NCBI GenBank assembly: GCA_047284725.1
Contig: JBJBEO010000001.1
Coordinates: 640,001 to 704,000 of the forward strand
Length of the DNA stretch: 64,000 nucleotides
Origin: Synechococcus sp.
GTDB taxonomy: Bacteria > Cyanobacteriota > Cyanobacteriia > PCC-6307 > Cyanobiaceae
Reading direction: 5' to 3'
The notes under the pieces are model-generated. The model was given only the letters and a program-made list of their open reading frames with translations. It ran no database searches and had not been told where the DNA came from. Positions 28,875 through 40,722 of the stretch are shown here, one piece after another (within the stretch, counting starts at the first letter, position 1; each line of letters opens with the position of its first letter). The position numbers and the translations under genes were made by a program.

Positions 28875-29124
28875 CGCTTGTCTGAAGCGGGATCTGAGGC
28901 CTCGCTGATGCCAGCTGTCAAGACTCCTGTACAAACCAGTGACAGGGCCACCCAGCGCCGCCGCAGTTCACCCATCATCTCCAGACCGATGCTGCGACTC
29001 AGCACTTCATCTTCCGGCTTGGCCGATGATGAGACGGGTTGCGATCAAGACGTGTCTCGGAGATCGTTGCACTGCGCGTTGCAAAATCTGAGGCACCGCC
29101 TCCGGCGTTGAATCCGCTGTTCGC

Positions 29125-29151
29125 AGGGGTGGAACGGCAGGTTCCACCCCT
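29125..29151. terminator. Stem-loop downstream of ilvC
   Basis: AGGGGTGGAAC-ggcag-GTTCCACCCCT perfect 11-bp stem; no clear U-tail. Confidence 0.55.
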
Positions 29152-29171
29152 TGGCTGCCTCAGCAGGACGA

Positions 29172-30203
<1,032 letters not shown>

Positions 30204-30309
30204 TTACGCAAGCGCTGGATAGAACCCGCCTCAGAGTCCCGTCGAAGACGGTTGCAAAGGGGTTGGAGCCTGGGTGTCTGGGCTCTAGCGTGGGCTTCCT
30301 TGACTGCAG

Positions 30310-30819
30310 ATGGACACCCAGACCTCATGCGCTGGAGCTGCCTCCGCGCTCTTCGATGCCCATATGCAGGCCGAACTGGCCGGCGATCTTGATGCCACCA
30401 TGGCCACCATGGTGCCCGAACCGCATCTGCTCAACCTTGGTTCAGGTACGGGCGGACAAGGCCATGGGGAGGTGCGTCGCTTTTATGCCGAGCAACTGAT
30501 CGGCCAGTTTTTTCCTCCGGATGCGAAATTTCTGCCGATCTCGCGCACGATTGATGGGGACCGGTTGGTCGATGAAGTGGTGATTCACTTCACCCATACC
30601 AAGGCCATCGATCATTTCCTGCCTGGTGTTCCCCCCACAGGACGCGAGGCAAAGGTGGCTGTGGTGGTGATCGTTGGCCTCCAGGACGGCAGAGTCAGCT
30701 ACGAACACATCTACTGGGATCAGGCCGGACTGTTGGTGCAGTTGGGGCTCTTGGACGGGTCCAACCTGCCGATCGATCCCACCACGCCTGAGCGCTTGCT
30801 CACGATGGTGGGGCACTGA
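30310..30819 (+). CDS. SnoaL-like (NTF2-fold) ester cyclase family protein
   Basis: DLDATMATM, RLVDEVVIHFTH, PPTGR, EHIYWDQA. Confidence 0.8.
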   Translation: MDTQTSCAGAASALFDAHMQAELAGDLDATMATMVPEPHLLNLGSGTGGQGHGEVRRFYAEQLIGQFFPPDAKFLPISRTIDGDRLVDEVVIHFTHTKAIDHFLPGVPPTGREAKVAVVVIVGLQDGRVSYEHIYWDQAGLLVQLGLLDGSNLPIDPTTPERLLTMVGH

Positions 30820-30823
30820 CCGA

Positions 30824-31426
30824 TCAGGCGTCGTTCGGGTGAGCGATCACCCGGTCGATCAAGCCATAGTTCTTCGCTTCCTCGGCACTGAGGAAGTAAT
30901 CACGGTCGGTGTCCTTCTCGATCTGCTCAAAACTCTGACCGGTCATGTCTGCCATGGACCGATTGAGCATCTCCTTCATGCGAAGGATTTCACGGGCTTC
31001 GATTTCGATGTCACTGGCCTGGCGCTGAGCCGTTCCTCCCAAAGGCTGGTGGATCATGATCCGGCTGTGGGGAAGTGCTAGCCGCTTGCCTTTGGTGCCA
31101 GCACTTAATAGGAACGCACCCATGGAAGCAGCCAAGCCCACGCAGATGGTCACCACATCGCTCTTGACGTACTGCATGGTGTCGTAAATCGCCAACCCAG
31201 CAGTCACTGACCCCCCTGGCGAGTTGATGTAGAGATAGATCGGCTTGCTGCTGTCTTCGGAATCGAGATAAAGCATCTGAGCCACCAGGCTGTTGGCGAC
31301 AGAGTCATTCACCTCCGAACCCAGAAAGAGAATGCGCTCAACTCCGAGGCGGGTGTAGATGTCAACCCAGCGCTCCATCTGGCTGCCGGGGAGACGGTAA
31401 GGAACACTGGGAGTACCGATCGGCAT
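30824..31426 (-). CDS. clpP: ATP-dependent Clp protease proteolytic subunit (ClpP3-type)
   Basis: YINSPGG, GLAASMG (catalytic Ser), IMIHQP, DRD. Confidence 0.96.
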   Translation of the reverse strand: MPIGTPSVPYRLPGSQMERWVDIYTRLGVERILFLGSEVNDSVANSLVAQMLYLDSEDSSKPIYLYINSPGGSVTAGLAIYDTMQYVKSDVVTICVGLAASMGAFLLSAGTKGKRLALPHSRIMIHQPLGGTAQRQASDIEIEAREILRMKEMLNRSMADMTGQSFEQIEKDTDRDYFLSAEEAKNYGLIDRVIAHPNDA

Positions 31427-31488
31427 GGGTCGAGAAGGGGCGGAAAGAACGAGTGCGAGAGACGTGGACTACGCCGGAGGGATGGCGC

Positions 31489-32154
31489 TCAAGCGGAGGG
31501 AGTGGGCAGATCCTTGCGGCTGGTGAGCACGCGATCGATCAGGCCGTACTCCACGGCTTGCTCCGGGGTGAGGTAGCTCATCCGGTCGGAATCCTGGGAG
31601 AGCTGTTCGACGCTGCGGCCGGTGTTCTCCGAGAGGATCTCCAGCATGGATCGCTTGTTGTGCAGTACCTCTTTGGCTCGGATCTGAATGTCGGTGGCCT
31701 GGCCGCGTGCACCACTGCGGGGCTGATGCAGAACGATCGAGGAGTGGGGGAGTGCAGCCCGCTGGCCTTTGGTGCCGGCGGAGAGGATCACCGCAGCTGT
31801 GCCCATGGCCTGGCCGATACAGATGGTGTGGACCGGGGGCTTCACGTAGCGAAGGGTGTCGCAGATGGCGAACGCTTCGGTTTCAAAGCCGATGGCATCG
31901 CCGGAATACCAACTGGTGCCTGTGGAGTTGATGTAGAAGTAAATCGGCTTCTCAGGATTGTCGAATTCCAGGTAGAGCAGCTGGGCAATGATCAGCTCCG
32001 TGACATCAATACCGAGTTGACGCTTGGTGTCGTCATCAGAGAAGAGGGGCAGACCGAGATAGACGATCCGTTCTTTCAGCATCAGGGAGGGCAGATCCGG
32101 CGGCGGCGTCCGCAACACCGTGGACTCTCCGTAGTAAGGAGCTGAGGTGGTCAT
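31489..32154 (-). CDS. clpR: Non-catalytic Clp subunit ClpR
   Basis: PPPDLPSL, YINSTG insertion, GQAMGTAA lacking the catalytic Ser. Confidence 0.9.
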   Translation of the reverse strand: MTTSAPYYGESTVLRTPPPDLPSLMLKERIVYLGLPLFSDDDTKRQLGIDVTELIIAQLLYLEFDNPEKPIYFYINSTGTSWYSGDAIGFETEAFAICDTLRYVKPPVHTICIGQAMGTAAVILSAGTKGQRAALPHSSIVLHQPRSGARGQATDIQIRAKEVLHNKRSMLEILSENTGRSVEQLSQDSDRMSYLTPEQAVEYGLIDRVLTSRKDLPTPSA

Positions 32155-32185
32155 CCGTGGAGCAATCCCCTTGCGTGGCAGGAGC

Positions 32186-33346
32186 CTAGCGGGGGTCTGA
32201 GGGTGTGCGCCCGTCTGTTTTGTTCGATTTGGACCCTTTTGACTGATTGTCCCGGCCGTTCTTGCCGGCTTTGGTTTGTTTGCCGTCATCCAGTCGTGCA
32301 AACACCATCCGGCCGGTGGGGGTTTGCAGGGTTCCGGTCACAACAACAGGGTGGCGGCTGCCAATCAGAGAACGGGCGTCATCCACCACCACCATCGTGC
32401 CGTCTTCCAGGTATCCCACCCCCTGGCTCTTCTCCTTGCCTTCGCGCACGATCTTGAGTTTGAGTTCATCGCCCGGTTGCACCTCAGGGCGCAGGGCAAT
32501 CACCAGCTCACTCAGGTTCATCACCTTCAGGCTTTTCACCTGCGCCACCTGGGCCAGGTTGAAATCGGCGGTCACCAAGGTGCCGCCGGTGTCTTCGGTG
32601 AGTTGCAACAGACGATCGTCGGTACCTGCGCCGTCGTAGCGGGTGGTGTTGATCACCAATCGGCGGTTGTAGTGCTCACGCAACTCGGTCAGCAGCTTGA
32701 GGCCGCGGCGACCCTTGCCTCGTTTTTCCAAGTTGGTGGAATCAGCAAGTTGCTGCATCTCGTCGATCACGGTCTGGGCCACGATCACCTTTCCTTCCAG
32801 CAGGCCACAGCCCAGCATTCCCCGAATACGGCCATCGATGATCACGCTGGTGTCGAGGATTTTGGCGGTGGCCGGCGTGAGGACCCCATCGGCCACGAGC
32901 AACGCTTCCGTGGAAGTGGGGTTGAACAAGCGCAGCAGCGTGCGCCCATGCACTTCAGCAAGGTTGTAGCCCAAGACTCCGAAGAAGCCATTGCTCACCA
33001 CAGCAGCCAGCGGTTTGACCAGGGCAGAGCCCCCGGCGAGTGGTAACAGCAAGATCGGAGCCAGCAACAGGTTGGCCACCAACAGGCCAAGGATCAGGCC
33101 CACCGCGCGGCTGACCAGCAGGTCGGTGGGCATGGTGCGCACCTGGCGCATCAGTTGCTGGCGCAGTCGGCGGAACACCAACCCTGCGACGATGCCGATC
33201 ACCGCTCCACCGGCTGTGAGGCCCCAGCGCACCAGTTCAACATCAGTGCCTTCGTCCAGCAGCTCCTGGGGCAGAAGGTGAACGCCCATCCATCCGGTGG
33301 CCGCCCCGGAGATCAGGAACAGAATCAGGATGAGCGGTTCAACCAT
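32186..33346 (-). CDS. PIN/TRAM domain membrane protein (YacL/Ycf81-like)
   Basis: N-terminal TM helices, ILDTSVIIDGR, GVGYLEDGTMVVV. Confidence 0.9.
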   Translation of the reverse strand: MVEPLILILFLISGAATGWMGVHLLPQELLDEGTDVELVRWGLTAGGAVIGIVAGLVFRRLRQQLMRQVRTMPTDLLVSRAVGLILGLLVANLLLAPILLLPLAGGSALVKPLAAVVSNGFFGVLGYNLAEVHGRTLLRLFNPTSTEALLVADGVLTPATAKILDTSVIIDGRIRGMLGCGLLEGKVIVAQTVIDEMQQLADSTNLEKRGKGRRGLKLLTELREHYNRRLVINTTRYDGAGTDDRLLQLTEDTGGTLVTADFNLAQVAQVKSLKVMNLSELVIALRPEVQPGDELKLKIVREGKEKSQGVGYLEDGTMVVVDDARSLIGSRHPVVVTGTLQTPTGRMVFARLDDGKQTKAGKNGRDNQSKGSKSNKTDGRTPSDPR

Positions 33347-33416
33347 GGTTCGGCTTGTGGCAGCCCATCCCAGCTGCAGGCAGCATGCACCATCTTCCAA
33401 CGATTGGCCTGGGCTG

Positions 33417-34661
33417 ATGTCCGCACCGCGCAGCGCCTATGTGCATATCCCCTTCTGCCATCGGCGCTGTTTCTACTGTGATTTTGCTGTTGTTCCCCTC
33501 GGTGACAGGGCTGGTGGGGGGCTAGGGCCCGGAAGCAGCTCGATTGCGACTTATCTCGAGCAGCTCCATACCGAGATCGCCCTGTCGCCCCAAGGCCCTC
33601 CCTTGGCTACGGTCTATATCGGCGGCGGCACGCCATCCCTGCTGACGCCGCAACAGATCAGCGCCGTGCTGCAGAGCTTAAAGCGGCAGTTTGGCTTTCA
33701 GCAGGGGGCGGAAGTCACGCTGGAGATGGATCCGGCCAGTTTTGATCTTCTGACTCTTCAGGCCTTGTGCGCCGTCGGCATCAATCGCGTCAGCCTGGGG
33801 GGGCAGAGCTTTGACGACAGGGTGCTGGAATCCCTCGGTCGTCGGCACCGGTGCCACGATCTGCAGCAGTGCTGTGCGTGGTTGGATCAGGCCTGCCGCG
33901 ATGGCGGCCTGCGGAGTTGGAGCCTTGATCTGATCCGCAATCTTCCCTCCCAGACCCAGCCCCAATGGCTGGAACAGTTGGAGCTGGCGTTGGCCTCCAA
34001 GGCCCCCCACCTGTCGATTTACGACCTGACGGTGGAGCCAGGCACGGTGTTTGCCTGGCGGCAGCGCCGTGGTGAGTTGTCCTTGCCTGACGATGACCAG
34101 GCCGCAGCCTTGATGGCCTCCACCAGTGAACGTCTGGGACGGGCAGGGTTTTGTCGTTATGAAATCTCCAATTACGCCTGGCCCGGCCATGCGTCACGTC
34201 ACAACCGCGTCTACTGGAGCGGTGCGGGCTGGTGGGGATTTGGTCTGGGCGCCACCAGCGCGCCCTGGGGACAACGGCATGCGCGACCGCGTACACGGGA
34301 GAGCTACAGCCAGTGGCTGCGTCAGCAACACAGCCAGGTGGATGCTTCCCTCGATGCCACAACGGCCACAGCACTTCCTCTTGATGACCGGTTGCTGGTG
34401 GGTTTACGCCGCCATGAAGGGGTGAATCTGAAGGAGCAGGCGCTTGCCTCTGGTTGGAGTCAGAGCGTCTGTGATCGCTTCCTGCCCGCCCTGGAGCAGC
34501 GGTGGCAGCCCGCCATCCAGCACGGTCTCCTGCTGCATGAGGGGAACCGCTGGCGGCTGACGGATCCGAAGGGAATGGCCCTCAGCAATCAGGTGCTGGT
34601 GGAGCTGGTGTGCTGGTGGGAGATGCTTCCGGCTGACGTTGCCGGCCCACCCAGCCCCTGA
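33417..34661 (+). CDS. hemW: Radical SAM heme chaperone (HemN-like)
   Basis: [33 protein letters not shown]. Confidence 0.92.
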   Translation: MSAPRSAYVHIPFCHRRCFYCDFAVVPLGDRAGGGLGPGSSSIATYLEQLHTEIALSPQGPPLATVYIGGGTPSLLTPQQISAVLQSLKRQFGFQQGAEVTLEMDPASFDLLTLQALCAVGINRVSLGGQSFDDRVLESLGRRHRCHDLQQCCAWLDQACRDGGLRSWSLDLIRNLPSQTQPQWLEQLELALASKAPHLSIYDLTVEPGTVFAWRQRRGELSLPDDDQAAALMASTSERLGRAGFCRYEISNYAWPGHASRHNRVYWSGAGWWGFGLGATSAPWGQRHARPRTRESYSQWLRQQHSQVDASLDATTATALPLDDRLLVGLRRHEGVNLKEQALASGWSQSVCDRFLPALEQRWQPAIQHGLLLHEGNRWRLTDPKGMALSNQVLVELVCWWEMLPADVAGPPSP

Positions 34662-35400
34662 GGGCCTCAACGCAGAGCTGACGCCCTGGGATGAGGGCCG
34701 GGCTGAAGGGCGGCTGTTGAGGGGTCAGACCGAGCAGGTCAGCGGTGACGCGCACTTGGCCATCGCACCCCGTGCCAGCTCCGATGCCAATGACCGGAAT
34801 CTCAAGCATCTGCTGCAACGCAGCTGCCAGTTCTGCGGGAATGTGCTCCAGCACCAGCGAGAAGCAACCTTTGGCCTGCAACTCCAGGGCCTGCCGTTTG
34901 AGTTTGTCCTGGCTTTGTGGATCGAGGGCCTGGCGCTTGTATCCGAGGCGATGCACCGCCTGGGGCGTGAGGCCCAGGTGCCCCATCACCGGAATTCCCA
35001 TCCGCACGAGCCGGTCGATCACGGCGAGGACTTCCGGTTCTGCTCCCTCGAGCTTCACGGCAGCGGCGCCCGAGTTCTTCAACAGTGTGCCTGCGGCTGC
35101 AACCGCCCGATCGGTCCCGCACTGATAGCTGAGAAATGGAAGATCAACGATCACCAAGGGCTGTTCGGCGATGGGGCCTTGGAATCCGCGGCACACAGCC
35201 TGAGTGTGCAGCAGCATCTGCTCCAGGGTCACCGGCAGGGTGGTGGCATGGCCCAGCACCACCATCGCCAGGGAGTCGCCCACCAGCACCACATCAGCGC
35301 CAGCCTCCTGCACCAGTGAGGCGGAGAGGCTGTCCCAGGCGGTCAACACGGTGATCAGCCGACCGGACTGCTTGAAGCGGGTGAGATCAGCAGGACGCAT
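34582..35400 (-). CDS. panB: 3-methyl-2-oxobutanoate hydroxymethyltransferase
   Basis: [26 protein letters not shown]. Confidence 0.96.
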   Translation of the reverse strand: MRPADLTRFKQSGRLITVLTAWDSLSASLVQEAGADVVLVGDSLAMVVLGHATTLPVTLEQMLLHTQAVCRGFQGPIAEQPLVIVDLPFLSYQCGTDRAVAAAGTLLKNSGAAAVKLEGAEPEVLAVIDRLVRMGIPVMGHLGLTPQAVHRLGYKRQALDPQSQDKLKRQALELQAKGCFSLVLEHIPAELAAALQQMLEIPVIGIGAGTGCDGQVRVTADLLGLTPQQPPFSPALIPGRQLCVEALRGWVGRQRQPEASPTSTPAPPAPDC

Positions 35401-35444
35401 CAGCCTCCCCAGGCCTGCGGGGGTCCATTGCTAGCATTACGGTC

Positions 35445-35538
35445 GACTCGGACCCATGCGGTCCAGACGCCCAAACCTGGTCAGGACCGGAAGGGAGCAG
35501 CCACACGGGATGCTCTGGGCAGGCGTGGACTCCGGGTC
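35445..35538 (+). ncRNA. ffs: Signal recognition particle 4.5S RNA
   Basis: Domain IV GTCAGGACCGGAAGGGAGCAGC; terminal pairing GACTCGGA/TCCGGGTC; TAGCAT -10-like box at 35432. Confidence 0.93.
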
Positions 35539-35566
35539 ACCACATTCCCAACGGGCGGTTCGGATG

Positions 35567-35613
35567 GCTGCCATTAAAAAGACCAGTCAACGACTGGGCT
35601 TTTTAATGGCAGC
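35567..35613. terminator. Bidirectional terminator between ffs and ftsZ
   Basis: GCTGCCATTAAAAAG-ACCAGTC-aac-GACTGGG-CTTTTTAATGGCAGC inverted repeat with A and T tracts. Confidence 0.85.
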
Positions 35614-35628
35614 AGAGTCTCGTGAACG

Positions 35629-36786
35629 TCAGTCGTTGCTCGACTCAGCGCGCATCTGGCGCTGGCGCAGAAATTCGGGAATGCGAGCGCCGGCATCGTT
35701 GCTCTCCGGTGCCGTGAAGGTCATCCCGGTGGGGCGGCTGCTGGAACGCTCGCTGCGGTAGGGCTGGCCGTTCTCGAAGCCTGTGGCGATCACGGTCACG
35801 TGGATCTCACCTTCGAGGCGTTCGTCGACCACGGCGCCGACAATGATGTTGGCTTCGGGATCCACCACGTCGTAAATCACCTCGGAAGCGGAGGTCATGT
35901 CTTCGAGCGTCATGTCGCGGCCGCCGCTGATGTTGATCACACAGCCTTTGGCGCCATCAATGCGCGCTGCCTCCAGAAGGGGGCTGTTGATGGCACTCTG
36001 CGCCGCTTCGATGGCCCTGGAACGTCCAGACCCGACGCCGATGCCCAGCAAGGCCGTGCCTGCTTCCGTCATCACCGAGCGCACATCGGCGAAGTCAACG
36101 TTCACCAGGCCAGGGCAGGTGATGATGTCGCTGATGCCTTTTACGCCCATGCGCAGCACATCGTCAGCGCTGCGGAAGGCTTCCTGCAGTGGGGCACTTC
36201 CGATCGCATCACGGAGACGATCGTTGGGGATCACGATCAGGGTGTCGACATGCTCTGCAAGCCGAGCAATGCCTTCATCCGCCTGACGCATGCGCCTGCG
36301 CCCCTCAAATCCGAAGGGTTTGGTGACGATGCCAACGGTGAGAGCACCACTTTCCTTGGCGACTTCGGCCACGACGGGGGCTGCACCGGTGCCGGTGCCT
36401 CCACCCATGCCAGCCGCAATGAACACCAGATCGGTTCCCTGAAGAGCCTGCTGCAGATCAGCGCGGGATTCTTCAGCTGCTTTCTGGCCGATGCTGGGAT
36501 TGCCGCCCGCACCCAGACCGCGGGTGAGGGTCTGTCCCAGCTGAACGCGATTGTGGGATGACGATTGCAGGAGCGCCTGGGCGTCGGTGTTGAGCACGCT
36601 GTAGCCCACGCCTTCGAGGTCGCTCTGAATCATGCGGTTGACGGCATTGCTGCCGCCGCCACCAACACCAATCACTTCAATGCGAGCCGTCTGGCTCGGA
36701 AGGATGCCACTGGCCTCTGGTGCCTCATTGGGGGAGGGGGGCATCATCGTCATCGTTGAAGCCTTGCCGTTGAGCTGTGGCTGCAT
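35629..36786 (-). CDS. ftsZ: Cell division protein FtsZ
   Basis: [29 protein letters not shown]-terminal IPEFL; exact start uncertain. Confidence 0.98.
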   Translation of the reverse strand: MQPQLNGKASTMTMMPPSPNEAPEASGILPSQTARIEVIGVGGGGSNAVNRMIQSDLEGVGYSVLNTDAQALLQSSSHNRVQLGQTLTRGLGAGGNPSIGQKAAEESRADLQQALQGTDLVFIAAGMGGGTGTGAAPVVAEVAKESGALTVGIVTKPFGFEGRRRMRQADEGIARLAEHVDTLIVIPNDRLRDAIGSAPLQEAFRSADDVLRMGVKGISDIITCPGLVNVDFADVRSVMTEAGTALLGIGVGSGRSRAIEAAQSAINSPLLEAARIDGAKGCVINISGGRDMTLEDMTSASEVIYDVVDPEANIIVGAVVDERLEGEIHVTVIATGFENGQPYRSERSSSRPTGMTFTAPESNDAGARIPEFLRQRQMRAESSND

Positions 36787-36860
36787 TATGTCGGTGCGGG
36801 ATGCAATTCCCGTTCAGTTTGCACACCCTTGTTGATCCCTCACGGAACCGCAACAGAGCG

Positions 36861-37691
36861 TCAGCGTTCGCTCGCTTTGGCTGCAGTCGGTGATGGTGTC
36901 GGTGGGAGGTGAAGTTCTGGCTTGGCTGGATCGCTGAGATCGATGCTGCTGCCAGGCTGACGTTTCAGTGGAGCCGGCAGGCTTCGGCTCAGTTGACGCA
37001 GGGTGGTGAGTTGTTGTTCGAGTAGCCCGTGATCAACGCCTAATTCAATGAGGCCGAGACTGGTCGTTGTGATGCTGATGCTCCCATCGGCAGCAATGCT
37101 GATCGTTTGCAGCGGGCTTCCGAGTTGATCGCGCTGCTCAAGGAGAAGCGCCAGGATCGGTTGCTGTGCGGGCGTCCAGCCCTTCACCTGGATGCTGGTT
37201 TCCGGTTGTTCGCCGTGAGCCAGGGCGGCATGGGCCATCCAGTGACCGAGACCATCAACCATGCCCTGCTCGGGGCCATTGCTCCCTAGCCGGCTGGCAG
37301 AGGCCAGGGGGCGCCGGTCTTCCAGGTTCACGATGAGACCGGGCGGAAGCAGCCTGCGTTGCACGCTGACCGCCTGAACCGGGAGCTGTTTCAGCAGGGT
37401 TTCTTCCATCTGGCTCGGCTGCAGGCCGAGTAAACGAAGCGGGAATTGCAGTGCCGCGGCTTCGATCACGGCGTCCCTGCCGAGTCGCTGGCTCCCTGCA
37501 ACCGCCACCTGCTGCTGGCTGCGGAGTGTCCATCCCTGCGCCAGCAGAACCCATCCCAGGCCGGTGGCGGTTGCCGTGAGAGCGCCGAATCGCCACAGCA
37601 GCACAAGACGCTCCCGTCGGCGTTCCTGCCGAAGCCGGCGACGGCGTTCAACTCCTGGGGGGCGAGGGGTGGTGGTCGCGCTGCTGCTCAC
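36861..37691 (-). CDS. ftsQ: Cell division protein FtsQ/DivIB
   Basis: Basic N-terminus, one TM, POTRA-like region, IDLSDP; directly upstream of ftsZ. Confidence 0.85.
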   Translation of the reverse strand: MSSSATTTPRPPGVERRRRLRQERRRERLVLLWRFGALTATATGLGWVLLAQGWTLRSQQQVAVAGSQRLGRDAVIEAAALQFPLRLLGLQPSQMEETLLKQLPVQAVSVQRRLLPPGLIVNLEDRRPLASASRLGSNGPEQGMVDGLGHWMAHAALAHGEQPETSIQVKGWTPAQQPILALLLEQRDQLGSPLQTISIAADGSISITTTSLGLIELGVDHGLLEQQLTTLRQLSRSLPAPLKRQPGSSIDLSDPAKPELHLPPTPSPTAAKASER

Positions 37692-38098
37692 AGATCACAA
37701 CGGGCTTTGGACATCAGTTGATCGATCCAGTTGCGGGCGCGATCAGCGTCAGAGAAGGGCACATCCATCTGTTGGTTCCCTCCGATCAGCCGAAGACGGC
37801 ACTGGCCCTGGGATTCACTGGCCAGGGGGGCTTCTCCAGAAGCAAGGGCCATCAGCTCCACAAGCTCAAGGGTTTTGATCTCGAAAGCGCCCTGTTGCTC
37901 GAATTTTCCGGCTGAGAAACGACTCCACGTGAGCTCCCCGTCCTTCACACGGGCGGCTCCGCAGCCATCAAGTTTGGCCAGTTCCGATCCTTCTGACCAG
38001 GCGCGAAACAGTGTCTGGCGACGACGCTCCAGCCACCCCAGTGCAGCCAGCAACACAAACACCAGCAGGAGCGGAAACCAGAGCAGGCCGTGGAGCAT
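37688..38098 (-). CDS. Hypothetical single-TM protein
   Basis: MLHGLLWFPLL...ELAKLDG; stop overlaps the ftsQ GTG start. Confidence 0.75.
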   Translation of the reverse strand: MLHGLLWFPLLLVFVLLAALGWLERRRQTLFRAWSEGSELAKLDGCGAARVKDGELTWSRFSAGKFEQQGAFEIKTLELVELMALASGEAPLASESQGQCRLRLIGGNQQMDVPFSDADRARNWIDQLMSKARCDL

Positions 38099-38130
38099 GG
38101 AACAACCTGAATCAAGTGCAGAGAGGATCC

Positions 38131-39192
38131 TTATTCTCGCGCGCTGTCCACGAGCTGCGCCACCAGTTGCTGCAGGTTGATGCCACTTGCGTTCCAGAGC
38201 ATGGGGTACATGCTGAGAGAGGTGAAACCTGGCAGGGTGTTGATCTCGTTGATCCAGATCCGGTCGTTGGTGGCGTCGTAGAAGAAATCCACTCGGGCCA
38301 TCCCTTCCACACACAGGGCGCGGCACGCCTCGAGTGCCATGGTTTGGATTTGTTGCTGGAGGACATCGCTGATCGGTGCGGGGATCAGGGTCTGACTGAG
38401 ACCGTCGCTGTATTTGGTGGTGTAGTCGTACCAGTCCGCATCAAATCGGATCTCACCGACCACTGAGGCCTTCATGTGTTGTTTGCCCAGCACAGCGCAT
38501 TCCAGTTCTCTGGCCTGAACGCCCTGTTCCACCACGATGCGGTGGTCGAGCTGCGCAGCCTCGTTAAGCCCAGTAATCAGCTGGTCACGGTTGCGGGCTT
38601 TGCTGATCCCAACAGAGGACCCCAGATTGGCCGGCTTCACGAAGCAGGGGTAGCCGAGTTCCGTTTCAATCCTCTTGACCAAGGCCTGGTGTCGATCTGG
38701 AGCGGCGAGGTCGGCTGCATTCAGGCCTACGTAGGGCACCTGCGCGAGCCCAGCAGCGGCAAAGGCCGCTTTCATCGCCAGTTTGTCCATGGCGACGGCT
38801 GATCCAAGCACTCCTGCCCCCACAAAGGGCTTGCCCATCAAGGTGAACAACCCTTGAACCGTGCCGTCTTCCCCATTGGGGCCATGCAACACCGGGTACC
38901 AGACATCAACGGATTCGGCGCCATCCGGAAGGGCCTGAAAGCTGGCCGGCGGCAGAGGTTGGGGCAGGCTCTGCTCCTCGCCAGCCCTTCCGTTGGCAAG
39001 GATGGAGCGGGCGACTGTTTCACCCCACCAGCGGCCCTGCTGATCGATGTACAGGGGCAGAACGCTGAAGCGTTCACGGTTTGTCCCTGATTCCAGGGCG
39101 CCGACCACGGTCACGGCCGAACGGATCGAAACCGCATGCTCGCCAGAGGCACCGCCGAATACAAGGCCGATGCGAACGGAGGCTGGGGGCAT
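38131..39192 (-). CDS. ddl: D-alanine-D-alanine ligase
   Basis: [38 protein letters not shown]. Confidence 0.97.
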   Translation of the reverse strand: MPPASVRIGLVFGGASGEHAVSIRSAVTVVGALESGTNRERFSVLPLYIDQQGRWWGETVARSILANGRAGEEQSLPQPLPPASFQALPDGAESVDVWYPVLHGPNGEDGTVQGLFTLMGKPFVGAGVLGSAVAMDKLAMKAAFAAAGLAQVPYVGLNAADLAAPDRHQALVKRIETELGYPCFVKPANLGSSVGISKARNRDQLITGLNEAAQLDHRIVVEQGVQARELECAVLGKQHMKASVVGEIRFDADWYDYTTKYSDGLSQTLIPAPISDVLQQQIQTMALEACRALCVEGMARVDFFYDATNDRIWINEINTLPGFTSLSMYPMLWNASGINLQQLVAQLVDSARE

Positions 39193-39227
39193 GGCAGGCA
39201 GACAGCCGGGCGTGAGCGCCAAAGGTA

Positions 39228-40628
39228 TCAGTCGTGGATCGGTGTGCCACTGAGGGAGAAGGAGCGCACGGCATCGATGCGCACCGTCACCAGATCCCCT
39301 GGTTGGTAAGTGCGGCCATCCTCGGTTTCAGCACTGAAGAAAGTGAGTCGGTTGGTGCGGGTGCGGCCCATCAGCTGAGAGGTGTCTTTGGGGTTGATGC
39401 CTTCGGCCAACACCTCTTCCAGGCGCCCTGCATAACGCGTGTTGCGTTCCTTGGCACAGCGCTCCACCAGCGCATTGATCTCCTGAAGGCGCTCCACCTT
39501 CACCGCTTCAGGGAGTTGGTTGTCCCAGTCGGCGGCTGGGGTGTTGGGACGCGGGGAATAGGCCGCAGTGTTCACCTGATCGAAGCCGATCTCGTCGATC
39601 AGCTGAAGAGTCCGCCTGTACTGGGCATCGGTTTCGCCGGGGAAGGCGACGATCACATCGGCACTCAGGGAAGCATCGGGCATGCGCTCGCGGATCCGAT
39701 CGATGATCCGTCGATAACGCTCCACCGTGTATCCCCGAGCCATCGCCCGCAGCACATCGTTATCACCGCTTTGGAAGGGGATATGAAAGTGCTCGCACAC
39801 CTTGGGAAGGTCGGCGCAGGCGTCGATCAGGCGTTCGGTGAAATAGCGCGGATGGCTCGTGGCAAAGCGAATCCGTTCCAGTCCCTCCACGTCATGAACC
39901 TGATGGAGCAGATCGGTGAGGGTGTGCTGCCGCCGTCCCTCTGCTGTGATGCCGGGCAGATCGCGTCCATAGGCGTCGATGTTCTGACCGAGCAGGGTGA
40001 TTTCCTTGAACCCCTGCGCGGCCAGGCCTTCCATCTCGAGGCGGATGGCCTCTGGTTGTCGCGATTGCTCCTTGCCGCGCACGGAGGGCACCACGCAGTA
40101 GGTGCAACGCTCATTGCAGCCGTAAATCACATTGACCCAGCCGCAGATGCTGCTGTCCCGGCGGGCTGTGGTGATGTCTTCAAGGATGTGGTGCTCTTCT
40201 GTGGCGACCACCTGCTGGCCCGCCTCGACCTGGTTGAGCAGCGTCTCCAGGCGGTTGGCGTGTTGCGGCCCCATCACCAGGTCGAGCTCGGGCACCCGGC
40301 GCAGGAGAGACTCGCCCTCCTGTTGGGCCACACAACCCGCCACCACCAACGTGAGATTGGGGTTGGTGTGTTTGCGCTGGGCCTGGCGACCCAGGTAGCT
40401 GTACACCTTCTGTTCAGCGTTGTCGCGGATGGTGCAGGTGTTGTAGAGCACCAGATCGGCGTCGAGCTCCGCGGTCGCCTCCCGGTAGCCCATGGCTTCG
40501 AGGATTCCAGCCATGCGTTCGGAATCCGCCTTGTTCATCTGGCAACCGAAAGTGGTGATCCAGTAGCTGCCGCGGCTGTTGGCAGTGGCCGCCTCAGCGG
40601 TGGAAGTGGGTGAAGCGGAAACGACCAA
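39228..40628 (-). CDS. miaB: tRNA-2-methylthio-N6-dimethylallyladenosine synthase
   Basis: [15 protein letters not shown] radical SAM motif, C-terminal TRAM domain. Confidence 0.96.
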   Translation of the reverse strand: MVVSASPTSTAEAATANSRGSYWITTFGCQMNKADSERMAGILEAMGYREATAELDADLVLYNTCTIRDNAEQKVYSYLGRQAQRKHTNPNLTLVVAGCVAQQEGESLLRRVPELDLVMGPQHANRLETLLNQVEAGQQVVATEEHHILEDITTARRDSSICGWVNVIYGCNERCTYCVVPSVRGKEQSRQPEAIRLEMEGLAAQGFKEITLLGQNIDAYGRDLPGITAEGRRQHTLTDLLHQVHDVEGLERIRFATSHPRYFTERLIDACADLPKVCEHFHIPFQSGDNDVLRAMARGYTVERYRRIIDRIRERMPDASLSADVIVAFPGETDAQYRRTLQLIDEIGFDQVNTAAYSPRPNTPAADWDNQLPEAVKVERLQEINALVERCAKERNTRYAGRLEEVLAEGINPKDTSQLMGRTRTNRLTFFSAETEDGRTYQPGDLVTVRIDAVRSFSLSGTPIHD

Positions 40629-40722
40629 GGCTGTCAGCGGTTCGGGGTCCGGTGATGAAGTGCTCTAAGCAGTGTCGGTCACGACGGGGCTGTGTCAGTT
40701 TGAGGATCGGTGCACTGTCGGC

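Noticed and set aside
31489..32154. ClpP paralogue lacking the catalytic Ser as a pseudogene
   Set aside because: This is the well-known cyanobacterial ClpR subunit.
39234..40613. Long antisense ORFs opposite miaB (likewise opposite ilvC, ftsZ, folC, argD, sodB)
   Set aside because: Stop-free reverse frames are expected in high-GC coding DNA and show no protein motifs.
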